Shown: one piece after another, positions 49,859-62,966 of the stretch
Layout of the letters: each line of letters opens with the position of its first letter
How positions within the stretch are numbered: position 1 is the stretch's first letter
NCBI GenBank assembly: GCA_023920165.1
Contig: CP089278.1
Coordinates: 1,426,001 to 1,490,000, forward strand
Direction: 5' to 3'
DNA from: Curvularia clavata
Lineage: Eukaryota
Length of the DNA stretch: 64,000 nt
The notes under the pieces: model-generated
Seen by the model: only the letters and a program-made list of their open reading frames with translations
Told to the model about the DNA's origin: nothing
Database searches by the model: none
Translations under genes and position numbers: made by a program

Positions 49859-51517
49859 CTACCAGCCTGCACTTCCTCCATCTACCAACAGTGTATCTAC
49901 AACTTTTCCTCCTAGCAAGGCTTCTACTGTGAGCAAGCCAGTTGGTACAGCGTCTAGGACGACATTGCCACTACAGAGTGTATAACCATCCAAGCTCCCT
50001 GCCACGACGTTTACCACTACATCCTTCTTGCTAACCTTTGGTGCCAAAGTCAAGGACTGCGCAAAAGGAGCAGCAACAGTCACGGCCAGGTTCGTGCAAG
50101 AGGCAGATTCCGCCACAGCAACGGTAACATTGAAACCCTTGCCATGCAAAGCTGTCAAGCTCGGCACCACAAATGCTTGACTGCCAATAGCAAAATTCTG
50201 CTTAATACCTGCGCCACGTACGGAGAAGGAGCTTGCATTTTGGATCGAGGGTCCATATACGGAAAAGGGGAAATACGTCGTCACGCCGTATCCAGCAGCA
50301 CTGCGACCAAAAACAGACTGTCCCGTTTCTGATTCCGCAGTAAGACGAGTGGTGGTATCATGACTGCCCATGTGAAGCGTGAGTGAGCTTGGAGCTTTGG
50401 CACCAGCTACGGTCAGTACCCTGATCTTGCCGGAGAACACCAACTTGCCGTCCGTCTTGGAGTAATCATATGTCACATTAACGGGTTTCACAGGAATGGC
50501 CGTAATGACATCGCCAAGCTTTACGCCAGACGGTACGGTATCGATGGCACGGCGCATGAGCTCGACACAAGTGTCTAGGAACGCTGGTCCCTGGCCGAAC
50601 AGAGCTCGCATGGTAGCGTTGTTGTCGCTCTCGTAGAGCCGGAGGTCAGAGTTCATGGACTCGTTGAACGAGGTAACCAAGGGGCCACCCTTATTGCCAG
50701 TCCAGTGGACATATTCGCTCACGACAAGTGGATCAAAGACACCTCGCGTAGTATCAAAATTGCTGCCACCGTTGGTATTGTTGGGAGTGACGAACGATTC
50801 GTCTACGACGTCGGGGAAGCCGCCGTGATGCACAGAGCCCATGGTGTGGCCACATGCTGTGAGCCCAATAGCGTCTACTTTGTCGAAGCCCGCGCGCTCG
50901 AAAAAGACGAGTGTTTCCTCGAGGTTCGTCTCCGGTGCTGGCACGCCCGTAGTGACGCCCGCTGAGAGAGCGTCAACCCGCCCAGCGCGATAGGGCATGT
51001 TGTTTCCTCCACATAGGTTATTCGACATGACGGTTCCAACTGCAATGAGATCGGCCACTGAAAGAATATGGAGTCAGTAACCACAACGCCTAGATAGCCG
51101 AAAACCAGGGAAAATGGCAAACGTACTAGAAACAGCGCCATTGACAAAGGGTCTCCAAAAGGTAAAACTGTCATTGAAGGCACTCCCCTTGTTCTCTTCT
51201 CTAGCCGTCTCAAACCCTATGCTTGCATCTACACCGCCCGTACCTGCGCTCACATTCGCTGTGATAAAGTCATGGAACAGAACGCGCATCCATTGCGCTG
51301 CTGTGGTGCGACCGCTGGTCCGCGCTGCATCACCAGTCTGCGTTACATAGCGGTCACAGGGAGTGATTGCAGACGAGAAGTTTGATGCGTAGGCTCCCCA
51401 GTTGTCGACGAGGATGTGTTCCAGGAGGTGCGTTTGGGCGTTTGGGTAGTAAAGTGCTGCATCGGCCCTAGGCGCAAGTACTGCGGCTGCTGTCGCGAAT
51501 TTGAACAAGGTCAACAT
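49859..51517 (-). CDS. Secreted heme peroxidase of the peroxidase-catalase superfamily (hybrid-B / WSC-associated type), one intron
   Basis: Signal peptide, AAQWMRVLFHD (distal Arg/His), GGVDASIGFE..REENKG, MADLIA, YRAGRVDA, GLTACGHTMG (proximal His) and SDLRLY. Confidence 0.85.
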
Positions 51518-52339
51518 GATGACTCGGCGTGCTCTTCGCCCAACATGTCTGCGACATGATGATTTGATATATAACACAAGTGAAAATTTACTCCTAGTCG
51601 CCAACGTCTCTGAATTTGGCCAAAGATAACTTTAGTTTAGGCAACATTCCTATTTTGTAGATTGTGTGGCGAGCAGTATAGAGCCGCGGAGGCGGTGGAG
51701 CAGACATGGCCAGTAACTCTGCTCATTTTCAATAGTTGTATGGAGTACGCGATTGGTTCTCAAAGGTGCATGTCCCAATGAGGCAGCACCCCTAATGCTT
51801 AAGTAATCCAATAAGCTGGCATGCGTACGCCACCGTCCGGGCGATAGGCATACAGACCAGGTAGTGTGCCGCTGTCCAGGGTTGCGCGCAGCTTTGAGGT
51901 GTCTCAATAATGCCTTGTTGGTTTAAAGGGCCGTCCTGGTGAGAGGGGTGTGTTTATGCAGATCTTTCGTACTGTGCTCTTCGCTACCCCCTAGGAATTC
52001 CGAGTTCGTCCGTTACAGCTCACGTTGTGCAGTCACTCTATAGTCCGGGCGTGCGCCTGTGGCTTTTGTTGCTGGCAATTCGCTTCGTTTAATATGAATG
52101 ACCTGGGAAATGTCTTCCTCGACACGCTGTCTGGACGCGTTGTGCACTGGCCGGGTGATTGTCGGCAATGAGCGTTGGGGTTGGAGAGGAGAGATCAAAG
52201 ATGCCTCGGTTCACGGGCAGATGAGATTCCCCGCAAGGGACTTGTGCTTGACCACAGACAGCCAGGTACAGCCGCTATTTAGCATCCACTTCCCCAGACC
52301 CGCCATGGCGCCGCAAATAGCATCCTCGATTTCTTCAAT

Positions 52340-53392
52340 ATGGCACCACCGGTATTGCAAACGCCACTGTCGGAGCTGCTGGGCATCCAGTACCCAATCA
52401 TCCTAGCCGGCATGGCGCGAACGTCTGGCGGGCCTCTGGCAGCAGCCGTCTCCAATGCTGGCGGGCTGGGTGTGATTGGTGGCTTGGGCTACACTCCCGC
52501 GCAGCTCCAGTCCATCATCGACGACCTCAAGGCAAACCTCAACGACCAGAACCTTCCCTTCGGCGTCGACCTCGCCCTACCCCAAGTTGGTGGCAGCGCG
52601 CGCAAGACCAACCACGACTACACGCATGGTCACCTCGACGAACTAATCGAAGTCACAATCAAGAATGGAGCCAAGCTGTTCGTCAGCGCTGTCGGGGTAC
52701 CGCCAGCGCGCACCATCAAGAGGCTTCATGAAGCGGGTATCCTAATCATGAACATGGTTGGACACCCCAAGCATGCGAAAAAGGCGCTGGACGCTGGAGT
52801 GGACATTGTGTGCGCGCAGGGCGGAGAGGGCGGCGGCCACACAGGCGACATTGCGAACAGCATCCTGATCCCGGCTGTTGTGGATGTTGCGCGCAGGTAC
52901 AAGAGCCCGCTGACAGGCCAACCTGCCATGGTGGTGGCAGCGGGAGGCATTTACAACGGCCGCAGCCTGGCCAGCAGTTTAATGCAGGGCGCACAGGGCG
53001 TATGGGTCGGCACGCGCTTTGTGGCCTCGACTGAGGCCGGGTGCTCTCAGATGCATAAGGAGAACGTGGTCACGGCCGATTTCACAGACACAGGCCGCAC
53101 CCTGGTTGTCAGTGGTCGTCCCTTGCGGGTCAAGTTCAACGACTACATCAAGGAGTGGCACCAGCGGGAGGACGAGATCAAGAAGCTGACAGAGGCGGGC
53201 ATCGTGCCCATCTCCAAGGACATGGACGACGGCAAGGACGTGGACATTCCCTTCTTGATGGGCCAGGTTGCGGGTGTGATTGAGGATATCAAGCCTGCGA
53301 AGCAAATTGTCGACGAAATGGTGCAGGAGGCGGTTGATATGCTAAAGTTGGGCCAGACGTACATTGCCGGGCGAGGTAGTAGTAAGCTGTAG
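52340..53392 (+). CDS. Nitronate monooxygenase / 2-nitropropane dioxygenase family flavoprotein with PTS1 (SKL)
   Basis: PIILAGM, LAAAVSNAGGLGVIGG, AQGGEGGGHTG, VVAAGGI and GVWVGTRF; ends SSKL*. Confidence 0.93.
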   Translation: MAPPVLQTPLSELLGIQYPIILAGMARTSGGPLAAAVSNAGGLGVIGGLGYTPAQLQSIIDDLKANLNDQNLPFGVDLALPQVGGSARKTNHDYTHGHLDELIEVTIKNGAKLFVSAVGVPPARTIKRLHEAGILIMNMVGHPKHAKKALDAGVDIVCAQGGEGGGHTGDIANSILIPAVVDVARRYKSPLTGQPAMVVAAGGIYNGRSLASSLMQGAQGVWVGTRFVASTEAGCSQMHKENVVTADFTDTGRTLVVSGRPLRVKFNDYIKEWHQREDEIKKLTEAGIVPISKDMDDGKDVDIPFLMGQVAGVIEDIKPAKQIVDEMVQEAVDMLKLGQTYIAGRGSSKL

Positions 53393-54087
53393 AGGGCAGG
53401 GAGTGGAGGGTATCTTGTTTCAAAGTCGCTGAGCTTAACTCTGTTTGTACCATTTGTGTTTCGTAAGGCTGCATTGGCCCTTGAATTGCTTCTTAATGTT
53501 TCGGTTCGGTAGACGGACAGAATACAAGTTGTGCAACCGTCGCCTTCAGAAGCGAACCGGTCAGGCCTCACCTGCTCTGGGCCAGCAATTCTGAAACCCT
53601 ACAAACTCAAACCCGTTAGTTTTTGCTCCGCCAAAAAAAAGAGCAAAAAGCAACCACCGATGGGCCGGGAAACCGACCCGCGCCAACGCAATTCTCTGGG
53701 GGAGGAGGGGCGCTCTTGTGCAGGCGGACGGCATCTCGGAGATCTGCAACCAGGATCGCGCTCCCCGACCCATGGCAGCACCAGTCGTGACCAAGCTCAG
53801 GAGAGACGTGACGGCACTTGTCCAGTCCCCTCCGCAATATTCATTCACAACTTAATACCTCTCCCCAATTTCCCACCAGCCAGCACTAGCATCTTTATCG
53901 CCGCCCATCTCGAACGTACCAGGCCCCTGTCATCTTCCGTCCGTCTCCGCTCGCTACCAACGGCCTCTACCGCATCCACGTCTCATCCCTCCTCCCCATC
54001 CGCGGCGCGCGCTCGCCAGACCACACTTCTGGATATAGATGACGCTGGGGGCGCAATCCATCCCACGGAGCAGCGGCGCATTATTCC

Positions 54088-56865
54088 ATGCAGTCAAATC
54101 TCAGAGCCCAGGCTGAGATTCAGGCCCAGAGGAAGAAGGTAGGTAATCTATCCAATGCTCCGTTCGTTCCCGCGCTGGCCACACGCCTGTGCGCCGCAAC
54201 AAGCAAATCCCACAGGCGCAAATTTCAGAGGCAGGCACGCAGCGAGAAAGAGAGAAGGAGACGGTCACTGACAGTCAAATGTACAGCAGCTTGCAAACTC
54301 GTATAAGCAGCTCCTTGAGTAGGTTTCCACAGACATGATGCGCGCTCCTGGCGCGTTGGACTGGCACGCTGACTCTGACCCTCCCAACAGTGAATTCGCT
54401 GCAACCGATCTCAAGACTGTTGGGAACTATACCGTTGGTAAACTTATAGGAAAGGGCAGCTTCGGAAAGGTCTACTTGGCCTCGCATAAACTCAGTAATG
54501 GCTCCAAGGTGTGTCGTTGGAAAATCGCTGCATGCTGACGGCCAAATGCTGACCACTACCCAGGTCGTACTCAAGAGCGCGAGAAAAGATGACGCCAACC
54601 TCGCGCGCGAGATTCACCACCACCGCCAATTTATACACCCCCACATCGCTCGCTTATACGAAGTCATAGTCACCGAACAGCTGGTTTGGCTGGTACTCGA
54701 GTACTGCCCTGGCGATGAACTGTACAACTACCTCCTGGCCAAGGGCGCACTTGAGCCCGCCAAAGTCCAGCGTATCTTCACCCAGCTTGTCGGCGCCGTC
54801 ACCTATGTCCACAACAAGTCGTGCGTACACCGCGATCTCAAACTCGAGAACATTCTGTTGGACAAGCATGGCGATGTCAAGTTGTGCGACTTTGGCTTTA
54901 CCCGCGAGTACGAGGGCAAGTCCAACTATCTGCAGACATGGTGTGGGACAATATGCTACAGCGCTCCCGAAATGCTCAAGGGAGAAAAGTACGCTGGTGA
55001 AAAAGTAGACGTATGGAGTTTGGGTATCATTCTTTACGCCCTGTTGGTGGGCGAGCTACCCTTTGATGACGATGACGAGATGGTCACCAAAACGAAAATT
55101 CTAAAAGAGGAGCCCAATTATCCAGACAGTTTCCCAACACAGGCAAGGGAGCTGTGCCAGTCGTTACTCTCGAAACGGCCCATTTTGCGTCCGACACTGG
55201 CTGATATACTCCAAAATCCTTGGTTGTCAGAACATGCTCCTCGCCAGCAGGAGACGCTCAAGCTGCAACAGCCGCCTCCCTTTTCTACTGAGCTAGAGAA
55301 GGAGGTCCTACAGCGTATGCGCGCCGCTGGAGTCGATATTGATATGGTGATTGAGAATGTGTTGGCGCAACGATGCGACTCTTTGGCTGGTTGGTGGGCA
55401 CTGTTGCTCGAAAAGGAAGAACGGAAAGCCAGAAGGAGAGAGCGCAAACGAAAAGAAAGAGAGGCAGAGGCCAAAAGCCTCAGACGATTGAGCGCTGCGA
55501 GTAGCCGTCTTGACAAGCTTGCGCCCACCATTAGAGAGACGGACGAAGAAGGCTATCATCTGCCACAAACGCCAAAAAGTCGCGGCAGAACTGCGAATCG
55601 CAGCAGTTTACATGGTGAGTTTGAGTTATAAGCCTTTTTTTTGGGTATGTACGAAAGAGCATTGCTAACTTTGACAAGGTGCTCCAGAACTACCGCGTCT
55701 ACCAGAGTCGCTCACTTCTCCCAATCTCACTGTCGACGACAAACCTCTGCCGCCAATTGATCCTCCTCGCGGTCGCAAATCCCGCTCCGCGTCACGACCA
55801 CCGCTCCCTGCCAAAGACATAGATAGGCGGAGATCACGCAGTAGCATGCTGCACGTCGTTTCCACCAATCCTGACCTTCTTTCGCCCAATGGCTACATCC
55901 CAAAACCACGTCGCAAGCAGCCCATTATTGGACACCTCCTCTCCCTTCGAAATTGGATAAAAGAGACATCCAAACGAGCCCGGTCACCGAATTCTAAAGC
56001 TAGTAGCGTACAATCACCAAAGCTACCCGAAAACAGATCTCCAGACGGAAGGCGCAGGCAGAGCACAGCCAACAGGTCATCCGTATACACGAATCCAAAG
56101 TCTCCGCCAATGGCACCAGTGTCGACCCGGCCACGGACTTCGACACACGGCTCAGGTTCCGTGAGGCGACTATCAGCATCTCCCGCGCCACTGACACCAC
56201 GATCCTCATACCGCCGCTCCTCTGGTGGTCTCCGAGGCCGTAAATCCACATCGTCGTCTGTGTCGTCAATCCGGAGCATGCCACACCACCACCACTCGCA
56301 CAGCAAAGCTTCATCCACATCCTCGGCCTCACTTGCCTCCCCCGCCGTCTCGACATCTGGTCACTCGCACAAGCTATCCAAATCGCCACACAACAGCATC
56401 AAAGTCCTTCCTGCCACGCCCACATCATCATCTTTCCCCTCCAACATTCGGGTCGTCCGCTCGGGGTACCCCCCAGGCCTCAGCGAGTCGAGCGCCGCGT
56501 TTGGAAATGGAGGCAACATGCCACCCCACTCACCCGGTCTCATTTTTGCCAAACGCAAACGCAGCGTTTTCAAAGGACCCATGCTCAACGTCAATACAGC
56601 CGTTGGCGGTAATTCATCCGGTCATGGCGGATGGCGGAGTAGAAGCGGCGAAGGGGGCTCAGGTAGTCGAGGGACAAGCTCACAAGGCAGAAGGAGTGGT
56701 GAAATTTTGGGTATTACTGAGGAAGATGAAGAGGAGGAGGAGGAAATTGAGGAGGTAGAGACGTTTGGGGGGAGATTGGGCGAGGGAGAGTTTGTCGAGG
56801 AGGTCATGGGGCCTTTGACGCCGCCTATGAAAGATGGGAAGGAAGAGAAAGCTGGGGGTGCTTGA
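54088..56865 (+). CDS. CAMK-group Ser/Thr protein kinase (Ppk16-like), 5 exons
   Basis: GKGSFGKV, VVLK, HRDLKLEN, DFG, CGTICYSAPE and DVWSLG; long Ser/Arg-rich C-terminal tail. Confidence 0.93.
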
Positions 56866-59800
56866 AGAGGTAGTGGTGAACGAGGATCGGAGAAAAGATT
56901 TATTGGTATTTTCTTCTCCCACTCTTGGATTCAACTAGATGATGGTTGATTGGATTTCTCATCGGTTGTCGATAACTCCCGGATTTTCCTTTTTCTTTTT
57001 GGCTTGACTTGTTTCCTTATTTGTCACGGCATCAGATTTTCTTTCTCACTTATACCTTGATTCACTTCTCCCCGTACTCATGTATACATTCCCCTGCTTT
57101 GGAGATGTTTTATATGGTGTCATGTAGTTGAGCCATTTGTTTTCTTCTCTCATAACCATTACTACTATTACTATTGTCATTGGTTGTGTTTTTCTTCGAT
57201 ACCACGCCGTTCGCTCGTTTATTCAATTACTCGCTCGTTGCGCCACCAAGACTTGGTTCGGTAGCGTGTTTTTGTTTTTGTTTTTTGGCATCTTCAGGTA
57301 TTGTCGTTGGTGCCTTGACGTTTATATACGCAGACGAGTATTTCAACTTCAGCAGACCATTGTAACGTGATCCTCACCTTGGTTTTATGAGTGTAGTACG
57401 CGTCTTCCCTTTGTCTTTTCTCCGTTCTTATCCCACTTCTCTCTAGAAGTTAGCGTACGCCACCTCGAGCGAACTAACGTGCGTCTGATAGTATGGTCGG
57501 TGTAAGCCACCCCTAGCTATCTCGTACCCACACACACACACTGGGATCAAGCGAGAGGCGGTGTGAAGGCATTGACCCAGTCATACGACAGTCCATGTTA
57601 GAGAAGGTTTATCATGTACGGGGTAGTGCGACGAGGCGTATAACAGCGCCTGACGTTGGTCCTCAGAGAAGATAAGGAAACAAGATGGAAAAGGCGTAAA
57701 GAAGCGAGAATACCAACACGATATTGATTCATGCAAGACGGGAAGAACAGGTCATGGTTGTAGATACGGGAAAGTATGTTTGGCCATTCTTGATCTGTCA
57801 AAGCATGAGACGAGCGCTAATAACAGTGGCAGCAGTCAAACGCGTCTAGACCTCGTTCAACACACTGTGCAACGGAATGTCCTTCTGCCGACTTTGCAAG
57901 AGTATGTGACACAAAAACTATCATGTGATGGGTTCTGCTGGTAGCCACGCCGCGGTAACGTTCCTGTACATGTGTGGCACATGAAAGCGCGGCAAAATAG
58001 GGGACACGGAACTATAATTTTCCTGGAATTCGGAAGAAGTATTGTTCTGGGATGCGTATAGAACATGGTAGCACAGGGCAAATAAGATCGACATGCGACT
58101 CGGAGTCCGATCGAGTATTGAAGCTTAATTTTGTATACTGGTGTTGAAGGCAGTGTTGAATTCCCGTTGACAGATTTTCATTGCAGCAGTGTCGATGGGC
58201 ATCATGCGCAACAGACAAAACGTGGCGGTAGGCTGTACCACATGCGACGAATGAGGCGCTTCTTTGGTGATGATGCGAGACATGGGGAGGGCAGCGTCAT
58301 GTGCATCAGTGCATAAACTTGACGCCCGTGTTCGTCAAAGCACAGCGGGTTCAAAAAGCAAGTCTGGGTGGTGGGTTGTCGATCATTGTGAGAAGCTGCC
58401 GGTGAGGGGCAGCAGTGACATGCTTCTGAGGCATATTGCGGGTGCTCACACGAGCACGTCGGTGGTAAAGGCACGTAATGGGATTAGTTATCTGCAGGGC
58501 TGAGCGGAGACGTTGCGAGGGGAATGGAGGGAAGTCGGTAGTGGTGGCTTGTCTTATCAATATGGCGTGTCTTTAGCTTTGCCGGCAAGGGAAGGCCTGC
58601 CAAACCCGGTTGGCGCCTGATTCATGCAGCCTGCCGAGCAACGTTCCGCACCCGATAGCAAGACTTTCTCTCACTGACTAACTTCTGTAAGCGGCATGGG
58701 AGACGAGAAGGCATTGCGACGATTAGGCCCCCTTCGCAGATAGTGAGACACTGGATGCGCTGAATGGCCGGAGATGGGTGACTGAAGGAGGAAATGCTAC
58801 TCGGCTGCCAGGTGACACAGCTATGTACTACGGCTGCGAGATTTGTGTCTGTCTCTGTGCGAGGCTGCGCGGGGCTGACACGGAGGGTATGTGAAGGCTG
58901 CTGTTGTTCTATCCGGGCCGTCATCGGACGTACTGGAAGTAGGGCAAGAGAGGCAGATGGATTGTGGCACGACATTGGACAGAGGGGGCTTATTTCTAGA
59001 GCGGGAGAGAGCTTTGGGCCAGCTGCTGAGATATTGCGGACCGTACCTGCATGTGATGACGGCCGCAAGACGCAACCTGATTTAGCCGTCCCACCGAGGC
59101 GCGCCACAACGAAGCATCCCGGAGGCAGCTGGAGACGTGTTCTGGAGTCTGGAAAGATGGAATAGATGAATATGCGAGCAATGACTGGTGGCACGGTTGG
59201 GGAGGGTGGTCCCAGACGGCTATTGGGCGTGGAGGCGGGCAGTTGGGGGTCGAGTACGGATACCGAGGCGGTCGTGATAGCGCCGGTAGCCACGCGAGCG
59301 GTCGGCCTGGAGCAAATGGGCGAATACAGCTAGAGGGGCCGAGATTGGCTGTTTGGCGCTATCCGTTCGAACGGCTGGAGTGGAGTGGAGGCGAAGCAGC
59401 CAAGCGTCGCCTGCACGAGACGTTAGGCTGCGGGTGGCTAGGTGTCAGCAGCATGGCGGGCCTGGCAGGCTGGTGGTTGGTGCGTGGCAGGTTGGCAGGT
59501 TGGCGAATTGGCCGATGGTGAGGTTGTGTGGTGATGGGAAGACGTTGTGGCGGGCGAGCACAGTGGTTCCGTCCCGTCTTGCATCATGGAATTGGAATCA
59601 ATCCACATGGGACGCCAGGATAAGGACGAGACCAACCAGGCCAACCCCCACTACCTGGTCTGGTCTACCCACCTCTCCCGGCTGTCTGGGCCCGCCTCTT
59701 GCGCCCCTTGACCCTGTCCTGCACGCTTCTATCCATTTCTCTAGTCCGCGGTTGAGATTAGGCTCGTCCACCCCCAGTCGTCAGCGCCATTGCTCGCGCA

Positions 59801-59930
59801 GTCATAACCCGGCCCCTGCCCCTTCACCTGGGGAAAAAGCAATCCATCTAAACTCTAGCAGCGACACGGGGCAACGTGCAGAACTGCTCTGCGCTCGGCC
59901 TGCCTTTGTCTTGCTGCTGCCCTGCCTACC

Positions 59931-61771
59931 ATGGACGACGACATGTACGGAACCGAAAAGAGCTTTGGACGAGCGTCCCAGGGATCCGACTACTATGGCG
60001 AATCATCCCGCTACAACCAAGGACTGGGCCGCCGTGTCCTCGACAGCTTCAAGCGGGACCCCAACTTCGTCATGATGGCTATGACGCCAAAGGCAACCCG
60101 TGGGGCGGATAGCAACATGTTCGACCCAGAGGCTGCAGCGACAAACACTGCAAACTCGCCCCTCGCCAGGAGGCTCAAAGGGCGCCACTTGCAGATGATA
60201 GCAATTGGTGGTTCCATCGGTATGCGCACACGTTCAACCCCACTCAACAATGTCCCGGTCGCTAATCACCGTGCATGACAGGTACCGGTCTGTTCGTCGG
60301 CTCCGGACAGGCGCTAGCAAATGGCGGTCCAGCGTCGCTCGTCATCTGCTACTGTCTGGTCGGTGTCATGCTCTACACCACTGTCCATGCCCTGGGTGAG
60401 ATGGCCGTCCTTTTTCCCGTCGCTGGTTCCTTCTCCGCATACTCGACTCGCTTCCTCGACCCTGCGTGGGGCTTCGCCATGGGCTGGAACTACGCCATGC
60501 AATGGCTCGTCGTGCTACCTCTTGAGATTGTCGCTGCCACCTTCACGATTGAGTATTGGAACGGCGACAAGGTCAACAACAATGCCTGGGTCGCCGTCTT
60601 CTTGGTCTTGATTGTCGCCATCAACTTGTTTGGCATCAAGGGATACGGAGAGGCCGAGTTCATCTTTGCTATTGTTAAAATCACCGCTGTCATTGGCTTC
60701 ATCATTCTTGGAATCATCATCAATATTGGCGGTGGTCCAGATGGCGGCTACATTGGCGGCAAGTACTGGCGTGACCCGGGTCCCTTCAACAACGGCTTCA
60801 AGGGACTCTGCAGCGTCTTCGTCAACGCAGCCTTTGCTTTTTCAGGGACTGAGCTCGTTGGTCTTGCTGCTGCTGAGACTGCCAATCCGCGCAAGTCGCT
60901 TCCCACGGCCGTAAAGCAAGTCTTTTGGCGTATCTCGCTCTTCTACATTGTCTCCCTCACTGTGGTTGGCCTCCTGGTGCCCTACAATAACGAACGCCTT
61001 CTGCAGGACAAGAACAGCGTCGACGCTATAGCCTCCCCTTTTGTCATTGCTATCCAAAATGCCGGTATCGAGGTTCTACCGTCCGTCTTCAACGCCGTCA
61101 TCATGATTGCTGTACTTTCAGTCGGCAACTCGTCCATCTACGGTTCCTCGCGCACCCTCGCAGCACTGGCAGAGCAGAACCAAGCCCCTAGAATCTTTGC
61201 GTACATTGACCGCCAAGGGCGTCCTCTTGTCTCCATCGCCTTTGCCTCCTCGCTAGGCCTTCTTGCTTTTCTCGCCGGCGCAGACCGCCGCCTTCAAGAT
61301 GCCGCCTTCAACTGGCTGCTTGCCCTCTCCGCCCTCTCAGCTGTCTTCACATGGGCTTCCATCTGCCTCTCCCACATCCGCTTCCGCCAGGGCTGGAAAG
61401 TTCAAGGCCACAGCCTCAGCGAGCTTGCTTTCCGTTCACAGCCAGGCCTCATCGGTTCTTATGTTGGCTTTGGTCTGAACATGCTCGTCCTTGTCGCACA
61501 GTTCTACGTCTCAGTCGCTCCAATCGACATGGACACCTTGTCTACATCGCAGCGCTTGCAACGCTTTTTCAGCGTCTACCTGGCCTTACCTGTCATTCTG
61601 TGCTTTTACTTTCCCTACAAATTCTGGTTCCGCACCTCGGTCGTCCGATCCCACAACATGGATCTGGTCACGGGTATCCGAGAACTCAACATTCAGGCGC
61701 TGATTGAAGAAGAGCGCGAGGAGAAGAAAAAGTGGCCCAAGTGGAAAAAGGTCTATAAGTTCTTTTGCTAA
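59931..61771 (+). CDS. GAP1: General amino-acid permease (YAT/APC family, Gap1-like), intron 60220-60281
   Basis: [38 protein letters not shown] and SPFVIAI; C-terminal FFC (FWC-like). Exact orthology to GAP1 is not established. Confidence 0.88.
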
Positions 61772-62270
61772 TCCATGCACCTTTATTCTTTCTCATGATT
61801 GTTGTCATCATTCTTACCTTGCTCTGCTATGATCATTTCTTCTTTGTCTTGGGTTTCTTTAGCGATGGCGTCCGACAGTCGTCCCTTTAATCCTTCCATC
61901 CCTTTCTTGTGTTTTGCGGTGCTCCTATGTGGTACCAGGCGGCATGCTGCTTCCCCCTTCGGCATTTGCGCAGCCTTGCGAACCCCTTCTTAACCCATCT
62001 ACCTTCATGTATGTATACTTACAACAGAAGAAAGCCCTATAATAGTCTTAACTGTATTGCTATTGAGCCGCCAATCGACTCGGCCAAAGGGGGGAATTGA
62101 ATATATACATGTTCAATAAAAAAATTGAAAAAAGACTTGTTTGCCCCCGACTCTGAGAGTTTATCGTAACGTTGACCGAAGAAGGATGAGTAAAAAGAAC
62201 AGAAAGCGACGCACCCATGGGCCATTCTCCAAGGCACGTACAAGAAGTAGAAAAAAAAGGAAAGACTGTG

Positions 62271-62357
62271 AGGTCTTGCCCGGAATCGAACCGGGGTTGC
62301 CGGAAGACTCTGACGCAGTATCAGAATCCGGAGTGATAACCGCTACACTACAAAACC
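62271..62357 (-). tRNA. tRNA-Gln(CTG) with 15-nt intron
   Basis: Acceptor stem GGTTTTG...CAAGACC-T, anticodon stem CCGGA/TCCGG with TT-CTG-A, B box GGTTCGATTCC and a downstream T-run. Confidence 0.96.
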
Positions 62358-62966
62358 GATGGTGAGATGAAAATTTATAGATATCATATAGTACTTTCAA
62401 AATTCCCACCAAGCAGTTAGATCTAAGAAGGGCATTTTCCGCTTTCCAGTTGCGGTTGACTTACAGATACATTACTCTTGATCGTTTTCCGGCTTGAAGA
62501 TTTTTCCATGGTAGCGGGGTTGGTGGGGTTGAGATGAAAGTCTTGCTAGTGGGGCAATAACATCAGAAGAGCATTTGGCATGGTCGAGAACTTTGAGTAA
62601 TGTCAATGCGTCTATCACTCGCTCTGTGCATCTTGGGTCGTATTCAAAACCTGTACAATTTGTCCAAGACGTTCTCTGTTCGGTGTTGAAGCTTCCTCAA
62701 AAGAGCGGGGTAGCAACACGAGACACCGTCGGTATGTCCTAGCTGACCACGAATCAACCTCACCATTCCTGAATCCTCAATGTGATCGTCAGATTGCACA
62801 GTTCCATAGAAGGCGGCTCCAGAGTGGCATGCGAGCATATATTATGATCTCTCTCTAACATTGCGCGCATCGCCTTGATCTTAGCAACCGACGCGTTCGC
62901 GAAGTTTCTCGACCAGTTGTTGACCTACACCCATGTTAACGCTTTCGCACAGGATCGATTGTTAGC

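Noticed and set aside
48303..53392. MFS + peroxidase + NMO as a secondary-metabolite cluster
   Set aside because: There is no backbone enzyme (PKS, NRPS, terpene synthase or RiPP precursor) in the window, and the flanking genes are housekeeping.
58622..60075. 223-aa and 240-aa ORFs upstream of the permease
   Set aside because: Non-ATG starts and no recognisable motifs or codon bias. Consistent with a long GC-rich promoter.
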